Source of the DNA: a virus
Reading direction: 5' to 3' (one strand)
IMG/VR virus record: IMGVR_UViG_3300049491_000716
Location: 1 to 64,000 of that record
DNA: 64,000 nucleotides
A model generated the notes under the pieces. That model made no database searches. It worked only from the letters and a program-made list of their open reading frames with translations, and was not told where the DNA came from. Positions 19,333 through 29,733 of the stretch are shown here, one piece after another; positions within the stretch are counted from its first letter, which is position 1; every line of letters begins with the position of its first letter. The position numbers and the translations under genes were made by a program.

Positions 19333-20391
19333 ATGAGCAACGAACTCGAAGTCACCAAGCAAGCCATCGTCGAACAAGACACCAGTGCGGCGGGCCTGAT
19401 GTTCACGCCTGGCGCCATGCAGCAACTGGTCGCCGTTGCCGACTTCATGGCCAAGGGTCGCGCCACCGTGCCGAAGCATCTGCAGGGCAACCAAGGCGAT
19501 TGCTTGGCTGTCGTGATGCAGGCCACCACGTGGCGCATGAACCCGTTCGCCGTGGCTCAGAAGACGCACCTCGTCAACGGCGTTCTCGGATACGAGGCTC
19601 AACTCGTGAACGCTGTCGTCAACACCATGGCGCCGACCAAGGACCGCATCAACTACGAGTGGTTCGGCGAGTGGACCCGCGTGATGGGCAAGTTCGAGGA
19701 ACGCGAGTCAAAGAAGAAGGTCGACGAAGACACCGGCAAGCCACTGAAGTACCGCGTGCCGAATTGGAACATCAAGGACGAAGACGGTCTCGGCATCCGT
19801 GTGTGGGCCACCATGAAGGGCGAGGCCGAGCCGCGCGTTCTTGAGTTGCTGCTCGTGCAGTGCCGTGTCCGCAACTCGCCGCTGTGGGCCGACGATCCGC
19901 GCCAGCAGATTGCCTATCTTGCCGTCAAGCGCTGGACCCGCCTGCACTGCCCCGACGTGCTGCTCGGCGTATACACGCCGGATGAACTCGACGACGCGCC
20001 GGTTCCGAAGGACATGGGCGCCGCCGATGTGGTCGGAAAGCCTGTGGATCCGAAGAATCCTCCGGGCCTGAGCGATGCCGAGCTTGCGGCATGGCGCCGG
20101 GAAGCCACTAAGGGGCTGGCAGCCGCCGAGGCGCACTGGAAGGCCATGGGTCGCGAGTTGCGCATGAAGGCCACCATGGACCAGCAGGTTGAGATGCGCA
20201 GGCTTGCCGAGGAAGCCGACAAGAAACGCACGGTGGACAACGGTGCCGCCGAGACCAAGACGGCGCAGCCCGCCACCAATGCCCCGGCTGCTACCGTGGC
20301 CGCCAAGGCCGACCCAGCAACCGGTGAAGTTGATCCCGACTTCGTGGCCGCCATGGATCGCGCCGAGCAGGCGGCTGGCGCGAAGGCCTGA
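19333..20391 (+). CDS. recT: RecT-family ssDNA annealing protein
   Basis: VPKHLQGNQGDCLAVVMQA..W.MNPFAVAQKTH..LGYEAQLV; LGVYTPDEL. Confidence 0.9.
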   Translation: MSNELEVTKQAIVEQDTSAAGLMFTPGAMQQLVAVADFMAKGRATVPKHLQGNQGDCLAVVMQATTWRMNPFAVAQKTHLVNGVLGYEAQLVNAVVNTMAPTKDRINYEWFGEWTRVMGKFEERESKKKVDEDTGKPLKYRVPNWNIKDEDGLGIRVWATMKGEAEPRVLELLLVQCRVRNSPLWADDPRQQIAYLAVKRWTRLHCPDVLLGVYTPDELDDAPVPKDMGAADVVGKPVDPKNPPGLSDAELAAWRREATKGLAAAEAHWKAMGRELRMKATMDQQVEMRRLAEEADKKRTVDNGAAETKTAQPATNAPAATVAAKADPATGEVDPDFVAAMDRAEQAAGAKA

Positions 20392-20394
20392 CCC

Positions 20395-21297
20395 TTGATC
20401 TACGTCCAGTGCGAGCAAGGCGATGCGGACTGGCACCGGGCCCGTTGCGGCCGACCGACCGCTTCGCTTTTCCACATCATGCGGGAGAGCGCCAGGAACA
20501 AGCGCGGCCCCAACGCCGGCGACTGGAGCGACACGCAGAAGAACCTCGCCTTCAAATACGCAATCGAGCGCAAGAGCGGTGAGCCGCTGGACGAAGGCTT
20601 CGAGACTTTCTTCATGCGCCGCGGCACGGCGCTCGAGCCCGAGGCGCGCCAAGAGTACGAGAAGGAATTCGGCGTTTTCGTGACGCGCGTTGGCTTCGTG
20701 ATGACCGACGACGGCAACTTCGGCGCCAGCTTGGACGGCACGATTGACAACGACGGCAGCCAAGAAATCAAGTGCTACCTGCAGCCCATGAAGTTGCGTG
20801 CCATTCACACGACCGGCGACATCAGCATGGTCATGGACCAGTGCCAGGGTGGCCTGTGGATCAGCGGCCGCAAGTGGATGGACTTTTGCCTGTACTGCCC
20901 GGCCCTGCGCAGCATCGGCAAGCAGTTGTGGGTGAAGCGCATCTACCGCGATGACAACTACATCGAAGCGCTCGAGGCCGACCTTTGGGCGTTCAAAAGC
21001 CTGATTGACGAATACGACAGGATCCTGAGTCTTCCCTACGACTCGTCTGCGTTTGAAGTGCAGCCACGGGTGGTGGTCGAGAAGGCCAGCAAGCGGACAG
21101 CGACACCCGCGCCGATCGCGCAGCCGCCTGTCGCGCCTGTCTCGCGCTTCGCCGCCCTTTCCGCCCGCATCGCCGCCGCGCCGAGCCGCGCATCCTGCGA
21201 CCTGATCCTTGACGGCGCCAGCGACCTGGATGCCATTGAGTACGCGGCGCTGGTTGGCAAGGCGAATGAGCGGTTTCCGGCAGAACAGGCGGCCTGA
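20395..21297 (+). CDS. YqaJ/lambda-exonuclease family
   Basis: WHRARCG.PTAS, GTALEPEAR, GASLDG, EIKC, QCQGGLW. Confidence 0.92.
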   Translation: MIYVQCEQGDADWHRARCGRPTASLFHIMRESARNKRGPNAGDWSDTQKNLAFKYAIERKSGEPLDEGFETFFMRRGTALEPEARQEYEKEFGVFVTRVGFVMTDDGNFGASLDGTIDNDGSQEIKCYLQPMKLRAIHTTGDISMVMDQCQGGLWISGRKWMDFCLYCPALRSIGKQLWVKRIYRDDNYIEALEADLWAFKSLIDEYDRILSLPYDSSAFEVQPRVVVEKASKRTATPAPIAQPPVAPVSRFAALSARIAAAPSRASCDLILDGASDLDAIEYAALVGKANERFPAEQAA

Positions 21298-21299
21298 GC

Positions 21300-21593
21300 A
21301 TGCAACGCAAGCCCGCATCCACTGCCGCCGCTAAGCGCCACATGGGCCGCGTGGCCGCGCTCGGCTGCATCTGCTGCTCCATGCTCGGCTACGGCGAGAC
21401 GCCTGCGCAGGTTCATCACATCCGCGAAGGTCGCATCGCACGCAGCGACTGGCTCGTGATCCCGTGCTGCGCGAAGCATCACATCGGCGCCGCGATGTCC
21501 ATCCACATGGACAAGGAACCACTGCTGCGCGCGCTTGGCGTTTTCAGCGAGTTCGATCTGCTTGCCATCGTATTGGAAAGGATTGCGAAGTGA
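21300..21593 (+). CDS. Ref/DUF968-like HNH-fold protein
   Basis: VAALGCICC..QVHHIR..IPCCAKHH. Confidence 0.75.
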   Translation: MQRKPASTAAAKRHMGRVAALGCICCSMLGYGETPAQVHHIREGRIARSDWLVIPCCAKHHIGAAMSIHMDKEPLLRALGVFSEFDLLAIVLERIAK

Positions 21594-21643
21594 ACCCGAT
21601 AAAGCCGGGGCCGCGTCCTCACATCAATCTAAGGAGAAAGCGT

Positions 21644-21835
21644 ATGCTGAAAAACAGAGAGTCAAACTGGTACGGCATTTTTGTCGTTGCCATGACCGTG
21701 TGGGTTTTCGCTGCATGGTTTACCCATGTCTTTGTTTGCCTGAAATCGTCGGCGTGGGGGTTCCTAGTTGCTGGCGCCATATTCTTCCCCGTTGCATGGG
21801 TTCACGGCACCGGGATCTGGCTCGGGGTCTGGTGA
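21644..21835 (+). CDS. Small membrane protein
   Basis: AWFTHVFVC..FLVAGAIFFPVAWVHG. Confidence 0.65.
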   Translation: MLKNRESNWYGIFVVAMTVWVFAAWFTHVFVCLKSSAWGFLVAGAIFFPVAWVHGTGIWLGVW

Positions 21836-21838
21836 TTC

Positions 21839-22330
21839 GTGAGCGACCAGTTCGTCACCGTAATCGCTACCGAGGAAGGCGCTCGCGCAGCCTTCATCGC
21901 GGCCATGAACCATGCCAAGTGCATGTTTCTCAACGGCGAGCGCGTCGAGCTTCGCGTCGGGCCAGCGCTGGACCCGATCCGCGCGAAGCAGCGCAAGTTC
22001 CTCAAGGACATCGTGTTCGGCCAGATCGCTGAACAGGTCTGCGTCGGCGAGAAACGCGAGCGCTTCACCAAGGAAATCTGGGCCGAGTTCTTCCGCAGGC
22101 GATTGCTTGGCGACCGCTTCGAGATGCGTAAGCTGCCGGGCGCCAAGAAGGCGACGCCACACAAGGTACGGAACTCGACTGAAGAACTCGGCGTGCGCAA
22201 GTACGCGGCCTACACCGACCAGGTGATCGACATTGCCGTTGCCGAACACGGCGTGGAGTTTGTATTCGAGACAGGTGAGCGCGAGGCCGTTCGTCACGTC
22301 TCCAAGAAAGACCGTCAGCCGCAATCGTAA
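21839..22330 (+). CDS. NinB/YbcN-like protein
   Basis: EIWAEFFRRRLL, STEELGVRKYAAYTDQV. Confidence 0.7.
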   Translation: MSDQFVTVIATEEGARAAFIAAMNHAKCMFLNGERVELRVGPALDPIRAKQRKFLKDIVFGQIAEQVCVGEKRERFTKEIWAEFFRRRLLGDRFEMRKLPGAKKATPHKVRNSTEELGVRKYAAYTDQVIDIAVAEHGVEFVFETGEREAVRHVSKKDRQPQS

Positions 22331-22358
22331 ACCGCACAACTTTATTTTCCGCAACCCC

Positions 22359-22387
22359 TTGCGGCACAACAAAAAGGTATGCATCAT
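22359..22387 (+). promoter_or_regulatory. Putative internal promoter
   Basis: TTGCGG-17 bp (contains CACAACAAAA)-CATCAT in AT-rich gap. Confidence 0.45.
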
Positions 22388-22417
22388 TTGGAAATGGCAA
22401 CCGCAGATGGCAGACAA

Positions 22418-22618
22418 ATGACGGACGAAGAGTTGGACCACACACCAGTCACCAAGGGCAAGTACAGCGGCAAGACGATGAGCCAGATCGCTGAGATTGA
22501 CCCAGCCTATGTGATCTGGGCATGCGGCGAGTGGAAGCCGATGCCGTGCAGCAAGTTGCTGCTGCGTGACTGCAAGAAGGACATCGCTGACTCGCGCCGG
22601 CCGCGCGGCAGCGCTTGA
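22418..22618 (+). CDS. Small protein with GKYxG motif (DUF3820-like)
   Basis: GKYSGKTMSQIAEIDPAYVIW. Confidence 0.6.
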   Translation: MTDEELDHTPVTKGKYSGKTMSQIAEIDPAYVIWACGEWKPMPCSKLLLRDCKKDIADSRRPRGSA

Positions 22619-22703
22619 CACGGAAAGGCCGGAGAGGAATCGAAAGACAAGGCACGGCCAGCAAAAGCGTGGCTCGGCAGGAACTGACTTCATTGGAGAA
22701 CCC

Positions 22704-24200
22704 ATGAGTGAGCAAGTAGCGGAGAACCCGCAGATTGAAGTGCTGGATGCGGCGCCGAAGATCACCACCGAGGTGGCCGAGTACACCAAGACGGCTGCCG
22801 GCCTGGCCGATCTTCATCGTCGATACGGCAACGTCGCATGGACGGTTGACACGAAAAAAGATGAGGACGCCGCGCGTGCAGTTCGTAGGGAATTGGTGTC
22901 GTTGCGAACCGGACTCGACAAGCTCCGCAAGGACATGAACGCCGACGATCAGGCGCGCATTGCCCTTCGCAACACCGAGGCCAAGCGCATCACAGCCTTG
23001 ATCGAAGCGCTCGAGGCGCCGGTGGATGAGGCGATCAAGGCCAAGGAAGATCGCATTGAACGCGAGAAACAAGAGCGCCTACAGGCCGAGGCCGCTCGCA
23101 TCGCCGCACTGCGCGCCAGCATTGACGACATTGCGTCGGTCGCGACTCGCGCCTCAAGCCTTTCGTCTCCGGCCGAGTTGGACCGCAAGATCGAAATGCT
23201 TGTCCGCGTGGAGATCACGGAAGCCGCTTTCTCTGAACTGAAGGATCAGGCCTTCGTCGTGAAGGCCGAGGCACTGCGTCGACTCGAGGACTTGAAGGTC
23301 TCTGCTGTGGCCCGCGAAGCCGCCGAAGCCAAGGCCCAGCGCGATGCCGAAGAACTCGAGAAGCTGCGTGCCGAGGCCGCCCAGCGCGAAGCCGATGAAG
23401 CCGCTGAGCGCAGCCGCGTGCTGGCCGAGCGCCACGCCCGAGAAGCCCGGCAGCGCCTGCATGACGACTTCCTTGCCGACCTTCGCCAGCAGATGCGCGG
23501 CACCCTCACCTGCAGCGCCGACCAGGTTTCCCAGAAGATCGAAGCCGTGAAGGCCATGGTGCTGCCGGCCGGGCTGGACGATCTTGCCGCCACGGCAGAG
23601 TTGGCGAAGGCCGACACTCTGGAAGAACTGACCGAGCTGCACGCCGTGGTCGTGCGCCGCGAGGAAGAACAGCACGTGGCTCGCGCCGAAGCCGATCGCG
23701 TGCAGCGCCAGGCCGATGAAGTCGCGGCTGCGCAGAAGCGTATTGATGACGCCGAAGCGCAAAAGGAAGTTTCCAAAAGGGCGGATTTTTTGGATCGCAC
23801 TCTTCAAGGTCTTGCGACTGAAGAATTCAAGCAACTGATGAGCGGCGAGACGGCTGCAATCATTGAACCGAAAACCGAAGGCTCACCCGAACTCGCAAAG
23901 GCATTTGACGATATTGCAGCGCTGGAACCGTCTGCGGCGCAGTTCAATGGCTGGACTGAAGTTCAAGAACCCGATCTTCGCGACACTGTTGACCCGCGGC
24001 CCGACATCAAGCTTGGCGACATCGCCGCCAGGCTCGGCTTCCCGCTGTCCGAGTCATTCGTCACCGAAGTCCTCAACATCAAGCCGGCTGGCTTCATCAA
24101 GCGTTCCGTGATGTTCCGGGCTGCCGACTTCGACGAGATCTGTTTCGCCTTGACTCAACACATCATCCGCGTGACGACCGCGCATCGGAGGCCGGCATGA
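22704..24200 (+). CDS. Coiled-coil phage protein
   Basis: GGAG RBS; EYTKTAAGLADL; Ala/Glu/Arg-rich. Confidence 0.8.
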   Translation: MSEQVAENPQIEVLDAAPKITTEVAEYTKTAAGLADLHRRYGNVAWTVDTKKDEDAARAVRRELVSLRTGLDKLRKDMNADDQARIALRNTEAKRITALIEALEAPVDEAIKAKEDRIEREKQERLQAEAARIAALRASIDDIASVATRASSLSSPAELDRKIEMLVRVEITEAAFSELKDQAFVVKAEALRRLEDLKVSAVAREAAEAKAQRDAEELEKLRAEAAQREADEAAERSRVLAERHAREARQRLHDDFLADLRQQMRGTLTCSADQVSQKIEAVKAMVLPAGLDDLAATAELAKADTLEELTELHAVVVRREEEQHVARAEADRVQRQADEVAAAQKRIDDAEAQKEVSKRADFLDRTLQGLATEEFKQLMSGETAAIIEPKTEGSPELAKAFDDIAALEPSAAQFNGWTEVQEPDLRDTVDPRPDIKLGDIAARLGFPLSESFVTEVLNIKPAGFIKRSVMFRAADFDEICFALTQHIIRVTTAHRRPA

Positions 24201-25037
24201 GCATCATGAAGTGGAACAAGGGCGTGCCGCCGAGCATGGGTTGGTGGCCGGCCAGGATCCCGGGTCGCGAAGACGCGCCTTCGTTGCGCTGGTGGAATGG
24301 CAAAGTCTGGAGCTGGCCGGTGATGGTTGGATCAACTCAGATCAAGCACATCGTGGCGTGTGCCGGCATCAAGTCGCTCTGGTCGGATCAAGTAGTGTGG
24401 GCCGATCGACCGGCTGACTGGCCTGCCCGGAGCCGCACATGAGCGGCTTTCACACACCCGGGCCGTGGTTGCCGCGTCGCGTTGACTCTCAGTGCTGGGA
24501 GATTGACGCGCCGAACGGCGACCCGCGGATCGGTCACACGACATGGACTGGATTGGCAGTGGTTTACGGCAGCGATGACGTCGGCCGCACCGCTGCGCCT
24601 GTCTGCGAGGCCAATGCTCGCCTGATCGCCGCCGCCCCGAATTTGCTGGCCGCCCTGCAATTGCTGACCACCAAAAGTGAGAAGCAGGCTACCGGTGCCG
24701 GCTGGAACAAGCGGCTGGCAGCGGCGCGCAAGGCAGTCGCGGAAGCCTTGGGAGAGCAGCCATGAGTGCGCCAGACCATGGCAGCCCTGCGCGATGCCAT
24801 GCTGAAGGCGAGGCAGTCATGAGCGAACTGAAGTTCTGCAAGGATTGCCGGCACTTCTATGACGATGCTACCGAGCACGTCTACCCACTCTGCTCACACC
24901 CGAATGCGCGCGGCGAGCCAGACATGGTGACCGGAGGCCGCAATCGCCCAACCTGCGACTTCGCCCGCCGCACCGAGGGCATGTGCGGCCGCGAGGCTCG
25001 CTGGTATCACGAAATTCACACTGAAGGGAAACCATGA
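24197..25037 (+). CDS. Three small hypothetical genes (24197-24442, 24439-24765, about 24819-25037)
   Basis: HTPGPW..ANARLIAAAP motif; CKDCRH Cys-rich ORF. Confidence 0.7.
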
Positions 25038-25375
25038 AACGCATCTTGAAAACAACCGCGCTGCTTGCAGCCTTGGCATCTGTCTCCGCATGCACCGTGA
25101 TCCAGCCGTCGTGCTGCGCTCAGGCTTGCGCATGCCAGCAACCGGTGGCGGCGGCTCCGATCGTTGCGCCGCCGAGTCATTCGACGCCGCCCGCGATTCC
25201 GGTGGTGGCAGCCGTGGCCCCCAAACCGCCCGCCGTGAAGCCGCCGCCCGTGGCAGTAACGCCTGCGCCGCCGCCGGCTCACAGCAAGCCGCACCCGAAG
25301 CCGCCGGCACCGCCCCCGCCTCCGCCCGCACCCCCGAAGCATTCGCCTGGCAAGCCATGCGTCAAGAAGTCCTGA
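25034..25375 (+). CDS. Proline-rich lipoprotein
   Basis: Signal peptide with VSAC lipobox; poly-Pro tract. Confidence 0.7.
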   Translation: MKRILKTTALLAALASVSACTVIQPSCCAQACACQQPVAAAPIVAPPSHSTPPAIPVVAAVAPKPPAVKPPPVAVTPAPPPAHSKPHPKPPAPPPPPPAPPKHSPGKPCVKKS

Positions 25376-25400
25376 ACCCATTCAACCCAAGGGGGTCACC

Positions 25401-25886
25401 ATGAAAACCAATCGCAATTTCTCCGGCTTCACGTTGATCGAAGTCCTCATCGTCGTGGCGCTGATCGGCATCCTGGCCGCCATCTCGCTGCCGGTCTACC
25501 AAGACTACGTCAAGCGCACGAAGCTCACCGAAGTCCTGCTGGCCGCATCAACCTGCCGCACCGCGGTTACCGAGGTCGTGCAGACTGCTGGCGTCCTGCC
25601 GGCAGCCGGTGCGTGGGGATGCGAGAGCGCGACACCGACTTCCAAGTACGTGGCTGCCGTCGAGACCGATGCCTTTGGGGCCATCCACGTGCTGGTGTCC
25701 GGCATCGGCGACAAAAACATTGACGGCCACTACGTGAGCCTCGTACCCTTGGCTACCGGCGACGTTCCGCCTGTGGCCGGCGACACCATCTTCCGCTGGG
25801 TTTGCGGCAACCAAGCCGTGCTTGGCACCAGCACTTTCGTGACCGACATCCCTGCCAAATTCCTGCCGGGCTCTTGCCGCGGCTGA
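25401..25886 (+). CDS. pilA: Type IVa major pilin
   Basis: G|[27 protein letters not shown] prepilin motif; C-terminal WVC...PGSCRG disulfide loop. Confidence 0.95.
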   Translation: MKTNRNFSGFTLIEVLIVVALIGILAAISLPVYQDYVKRTKLTEVLLAASTCRTAVTEVVQTAGVLPAAGAWGCESATPTSKYVAAVETDAFGAIHVLVSGIGDKNIDGHYVSLVPLATGDVPPVAGDTIFRWVCGNQAVLGTSTFVTDIPAKFLPGSCRG

Positions 25887-26316
25887 CCTTCAACTTCTGA
25901 CTGCGAGGTAATCTATGAGCCTGCTTCCTGCCGCCATGAAATTGGCCGACGACATCCAACCGCTGGGCCCACCGATTCGGCGCCAGCCCGAGTCTAAGCC
26001 TGATGGGGCAGTCTGCGATCAGATCATGGCCAGCGTGTTGACGCTGATCAAGATCAACAATGGCTTGGACGGCATGCTCGCGAAGTCGAATCCTTCGAGG
26101 CTTCTCAAGGCGAAAGCAGTCGAAGACTTCCGGAAAGACTACTTGGTGGAGGCTCGTATCACCTACGCGAAGGCTACAGCCGAACGCAGCGTCTTTGCTC
26201 AGGTCTGCGAAGAAACATCGCAATCCATTCTGTCGTCAATTCAAGAAAGCGGCGAGGTCAGCGGTGAAGACTACTCAAGGACGAAGACAGCAGATCCAAC
26301 AACCCCGAAAGCCCAC

Positions 26317-26916
26317 ATGAAATTCGAACTCACGAACCCTACGACGGTCAAGCTCAAGCACGTCAACGCCCGCAAGGAGAACCACGGCGAGGCCAAGGTT
26401 CTAGCCATGGATCTGCGGCTCTGCTGGACCACGAACAATCGCGCTCTGGATGCGATGTTTCCAGGCTTGCGCCAATCTCTCTTTGCCGCCCTGCCGATCG
26501 GCGAACTGGAAGACGACGAACTCAGCGGCTATACGCTTCGCATGGAGTTTGGCTTGGGCGGAGAGAAGTCCGACACCGTGGTCAAGGTCTGCGTAGTGAA
26601 GGGGTTTTCAGTTTCGCCCATTGAAGGCGGCAGCGTCGAAATTGAGTTTTCGGTTTCTTCATCGGCTGACATCACTGGTGAGGTTTCGGGTCGATTCAAC
26701 GACTTCATCCAGCAAGACATCGTCATCACCCTGCTCGCCCCCACCGTGCTGGCCACCGACCTGATCGACGCCAGCGCCGGCAGCGGGGCTCCCGGCACCG
26801 GCCCGGCCGATGAACCCGAGAAGCCGAAGAAGGCCAAGAGCAAGGCCGTGATTGACGCAACGGAAGCCTTCATCCAGCGCAACACCGATGCCGACGGTGC
26901 CGCCCTGCCTCACTAA
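26317..26916 (+). CDS. Conserved phage hypothetical protein (upstream 25915-26316 looks like fused fragments)
   Basis: VNARKENHGE..AMDL, PIEGGSV. Confidence 0.7.
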   Translation: MKFELTNPTTVKLKHVNARKENHGEAKVLAMDLRLCWTTNNRALDAMFPGLRQSLFAALPIGELEDDELSGYTLRMEFGLGGEKSDTVVKVCVVKGFSVSPIEGGSVEIEFSVSSSADITGEVSGRFNDFIQQDIVITLLAPTVLATDLIDASAGSGAPGTGPADEPEKPKKAKSKAVIDATEAFIQRNTDADGAALPH

Positions 26917-26932
26917 ACCCTGCGAGACCATC

Positions 26933-27145
26933 ATGGAAGAACCCGACATCAAGAGCGGCTGGTCCACACACCATGAACTCAGGTTCATCGAGGCGCTGGG
27001 GAGCTACGCAGTCACCGGCTTCACGCCGGTCGAGTTGCTGCGCGGCTATCGCATGGCGCTGATCAACCGGAAGCGCATGGCTGGCATGGATCGCGACAAG
27101 TTGCTGGCCAAGGTGCATGCGCGGATGGATGCGCTGGGCGCCTAA
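26933..27145 (+). CDS. Hypothetical protein
   Basis: WSTHHELRFIEALG..LLRGY. Confidence 0.6.
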   Translation: MEEPDIKSGWSTHHELRFIEALGSYAVTGFTPVELLRGYRMALINRKRMAGMDRDKLLAKVHARMDALGA

Positions 27146-27148
27146 GCC

Positions 27149-27352
27149 GTGAACATCGAACTTCTGCCGTGCCCGTTCTGCGGGAGCTTTCATGTCTCGG
27201 TTGCCGATGTCGGGACTTCGGCTTGCTCCGTCTTGTGCGGCAACTGCGGAGCCGAAGGCCCTTTTGCTGAGGACGTGGATGCCGCAGCCAACGCATGGAA
27301 TGCCCGCACGCTCATCGGTGGCAAAACTGTGTCAAGTGATATTCCTGCATAG
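27149..27352 (+). CDS. Lar-family restriction alleviation protein
   Basis: LLPCPFCG..CGNCGAEGP..AANAWNAR. Confidence 0.85.
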   Translation: MNIELLPCPFCGSFHVSVADVGTSACSVLCGNCGAEGPFAEDVDAAANAWNARTLIGGKTVSSDIPA

Positions 27353-27512
27353 CAGAGCGCCGCCACACCCGAAGATTCATGAGCGCTAGTCATCAATGCG
27401 CGGGCGCATCCCAAAAGATGCCCGACACTCTTATTTGGCTTTGCTTTTCAAGCACGCCATCACATCGCCTCAACTCATCGGCGACTCTCTCAAAGAAATC
27501 CGGAGCAGACCA

Positions 27513-28339
27513 ATGATCATTGAACGCACCAAGATCCTCGAAGCCTACAACCGCGTCATCCAGCAGCTCGGCGAGCACAGCCACGAACAGGCATGCGCAG
27601 CCGTGAGCCAGGCGCTGGGCAACCCGCCCGACGTGGTGTCGGATGTCGTGATGCTGGCAACGCAGGAAGAGGCGGCAGCCGCGCAAGGAGTGGCGGCGTG
27701 AGCACAGATCACCTGACAACCGAGCGCTTCCTGGCGCTTGACGCCGCGCTTGCCAAAGTCCGTGCCGAAGTGCTGGCCGCCATGCAGCGAAGCCTGGGGG
27801 CTTGAGCAGGAAAGCAAGGCGCTGAACCTGCTGGGATCCTTGGTCACGCATCGCCAGTTCAAGCAGTACGTGCTGACCGGCATGTTCGTCGAGTCCAGCA
27901 AGCGCAGTGGTGTGACCTACGTCTTCCGCAGGCTCAAGCCGACCGTGGCGATGCACATCGTGGCCGGCAAGGTCAAGGTGCTGTGTGCGCTCTGCATGCA
28001 TGCCTGCGCTCATTACGCAGGATCGTGGGCTGGCGGCATGGCACCAAGCGACGACGTGGCCAGCCATCTCGTCATGATGCGAGGTGATGAGCGGCTCTAC
28101 TGGGCCAGAGCAAACCAACACGCCGCATGGCGCGCGGAGGCAGGACTGTGAAGCGCTACGCCATCCTCATCCTGCTGTGCACGCTCTACGCTTGCTCAGA
28201 CGACTTCGCGGCCAACGGCACCTACTGGCAGTACCAAGCGCTGAAGGATGCCTGCGTGAAGGATTCCATGACGGCCTACCGCACGAAGTCAGCCGAAGGC
28301 CAGCCCATGCTGGTGATCACCTGCCGGGAGAAGAAGTGA
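27513..28339 (+). CDS. Small hypothetical genes and fragments, ending in a small lipoprotein (28148-28339)
   Basis: Coupled ORFs; LYAC lipobox. Confidence 0.55.
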
Positions 28340-28986
28340 AGCGCATTGACGTCAGGTGCTGCGGCCAGCCGCTGAAGTTGCTGGGCACGTTGCCCGTGAT
28401 GGATGCCGTGCGCGACGGAGATCCGGTCAGATTCATCTTGATGCAGCCGCGAGTCCGGGACTTCGACGCGGCGCAAGGCGGAACCAACACCGAGATGGTG
28501 GCTGTGAACGAAGCCTGGCAAGTGCTCGGCGACGACAAGACGCGCAAGCACTACGACCAGACGGGAGAGAACAGCCCGCCATCGGTTGAGCTTCGCGCCC
28601 ACCAGCAGTTGACGGAGTTCTTCGCGGCAGCACTTTCAAACGACCACGTACCGCTGCTTGTTGCCGTTGGCCAGATGCTTGACATGCAGCAGGCGCAGGC
28701 CAAGCAGGCCATCAGCCAGAACGGCCACAAGGTCGTAAAGCTCACGGCGCGCCGGGACAAGATCAAGACGAAGGCCGGCAAGCAGAACTTGGTGCACCAA
28801 CTCATTGACCACGGCATCTTGGTGCTGAACGCGCAGATCGCGGAAGCCGAGGAAATTCTTGTCGTTAACGCCGCGGCTCGAGTGCTGGCGGCCAACTACG
28901 AATCTGAAGAAGACGCTGGGCTGATCGTGCCGCGTGGCCCAGTGTTTAGGGCGGGCTCGTTCACTGGAGGATTTCACAATGGCTGA
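28336..28986 (+). pseudogene. Chimera containing a truncated J-domain (DnaJ-like) protein
   Basis: GG..EMVAVNEAWQVLGD..RKHYDQTG but no HPD or helices I-II. Confidence 0.7.
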
Positions 28987-29596
28987 GACCACCGCAATTT
29001 CTTGGTGCGACAGCACGCTGAATCCGTGGCTAGGATGCACCAAGGTCGGCCCTGGATGCGACAACTGCTATGCCGAGGCGATGATGGACAGGCGCATGCA
29101 CAAGGTCAAGTGGGGGGCCGGCCAGCCGCGTGTGCGCACCAATGAGGCCAACTGGCGTCAGCCGATTAAGTGGAATGCATCGCCGTTCTACGAATGCCCG
29201 ACGTGCCACTGGCGCGGCGCCGAATCCGATTTGCTGAAGACGCGGCCCGGCTATGCACCGTGGTGCCCGGCCTGCGGGCTCGGCTTGGTCGCCGCGCGGC
29301 GACGCGTGTTCTGCGCCAGCTTGGCAGACGTCTTCGACAACGAAGTTGATCCGCAGTGGCGCGTTGATCTGTTCAAGTTGATTGCCGGCACGCCGAACCT
29401 TGATTGGCTCCTGCTGACCAAGCGCATCGGCAATGTCGCCAGCATGCCAACTCGACGCATCCATGAAGGAGGTGGAGAGGCTCAGTGGCGCGCTCATAAC
29501 CGGTGCCTGACGGAATTCAGGCTCGGGGCATCCGCAGGCCTAATCGGTGTTGCAGTTTACGAACTCATTCCAGAAACACAAAAGCCGAGTGGTTAG
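28979..29596 (+). pseudogene. Gp37/Gp68 (DUF5131) family, C-terminal half lost
   Basis: TAISWCD.T.NPWLGCTKV.PGCDNCYA, RVFCASLADVFD, WLLLTKR, then unrelated tail. Confidence 0.85.
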
Positions 29597-29733
29597 CTCG
29601 GCTCTGTGCGGTTCCTGCGTCGCTCGCGTTGCGGCGCCCGGCAGTTTCATCGTTGCCCCGGTGGAACCTATTGCGCAATGCCGCGGATTATGCACTCATT
29701 TCAGGGGAGTGCAAGCGGCCCCGAATTGCTCCA

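Noticed and set aside
19708-21318. 536-aa antisense ORF (similarly 16291-17457, 34248-35849, 46486-47634, 55589-56755, 57557-59113)
   Set aside because: Opposite well-supported genes; expected from high-GC codon bias
25915-26916. 333-aa protein as a genuine fusion
   Set aside because: N-terminal part looks like joined fragments; a plausible start exists at 26317
29584-29602. GCCGAGTGGTTAGCTCGGC resembling a tRNA D arm
   Set aside because: Simple hairpin with no T arm or acceptor stem
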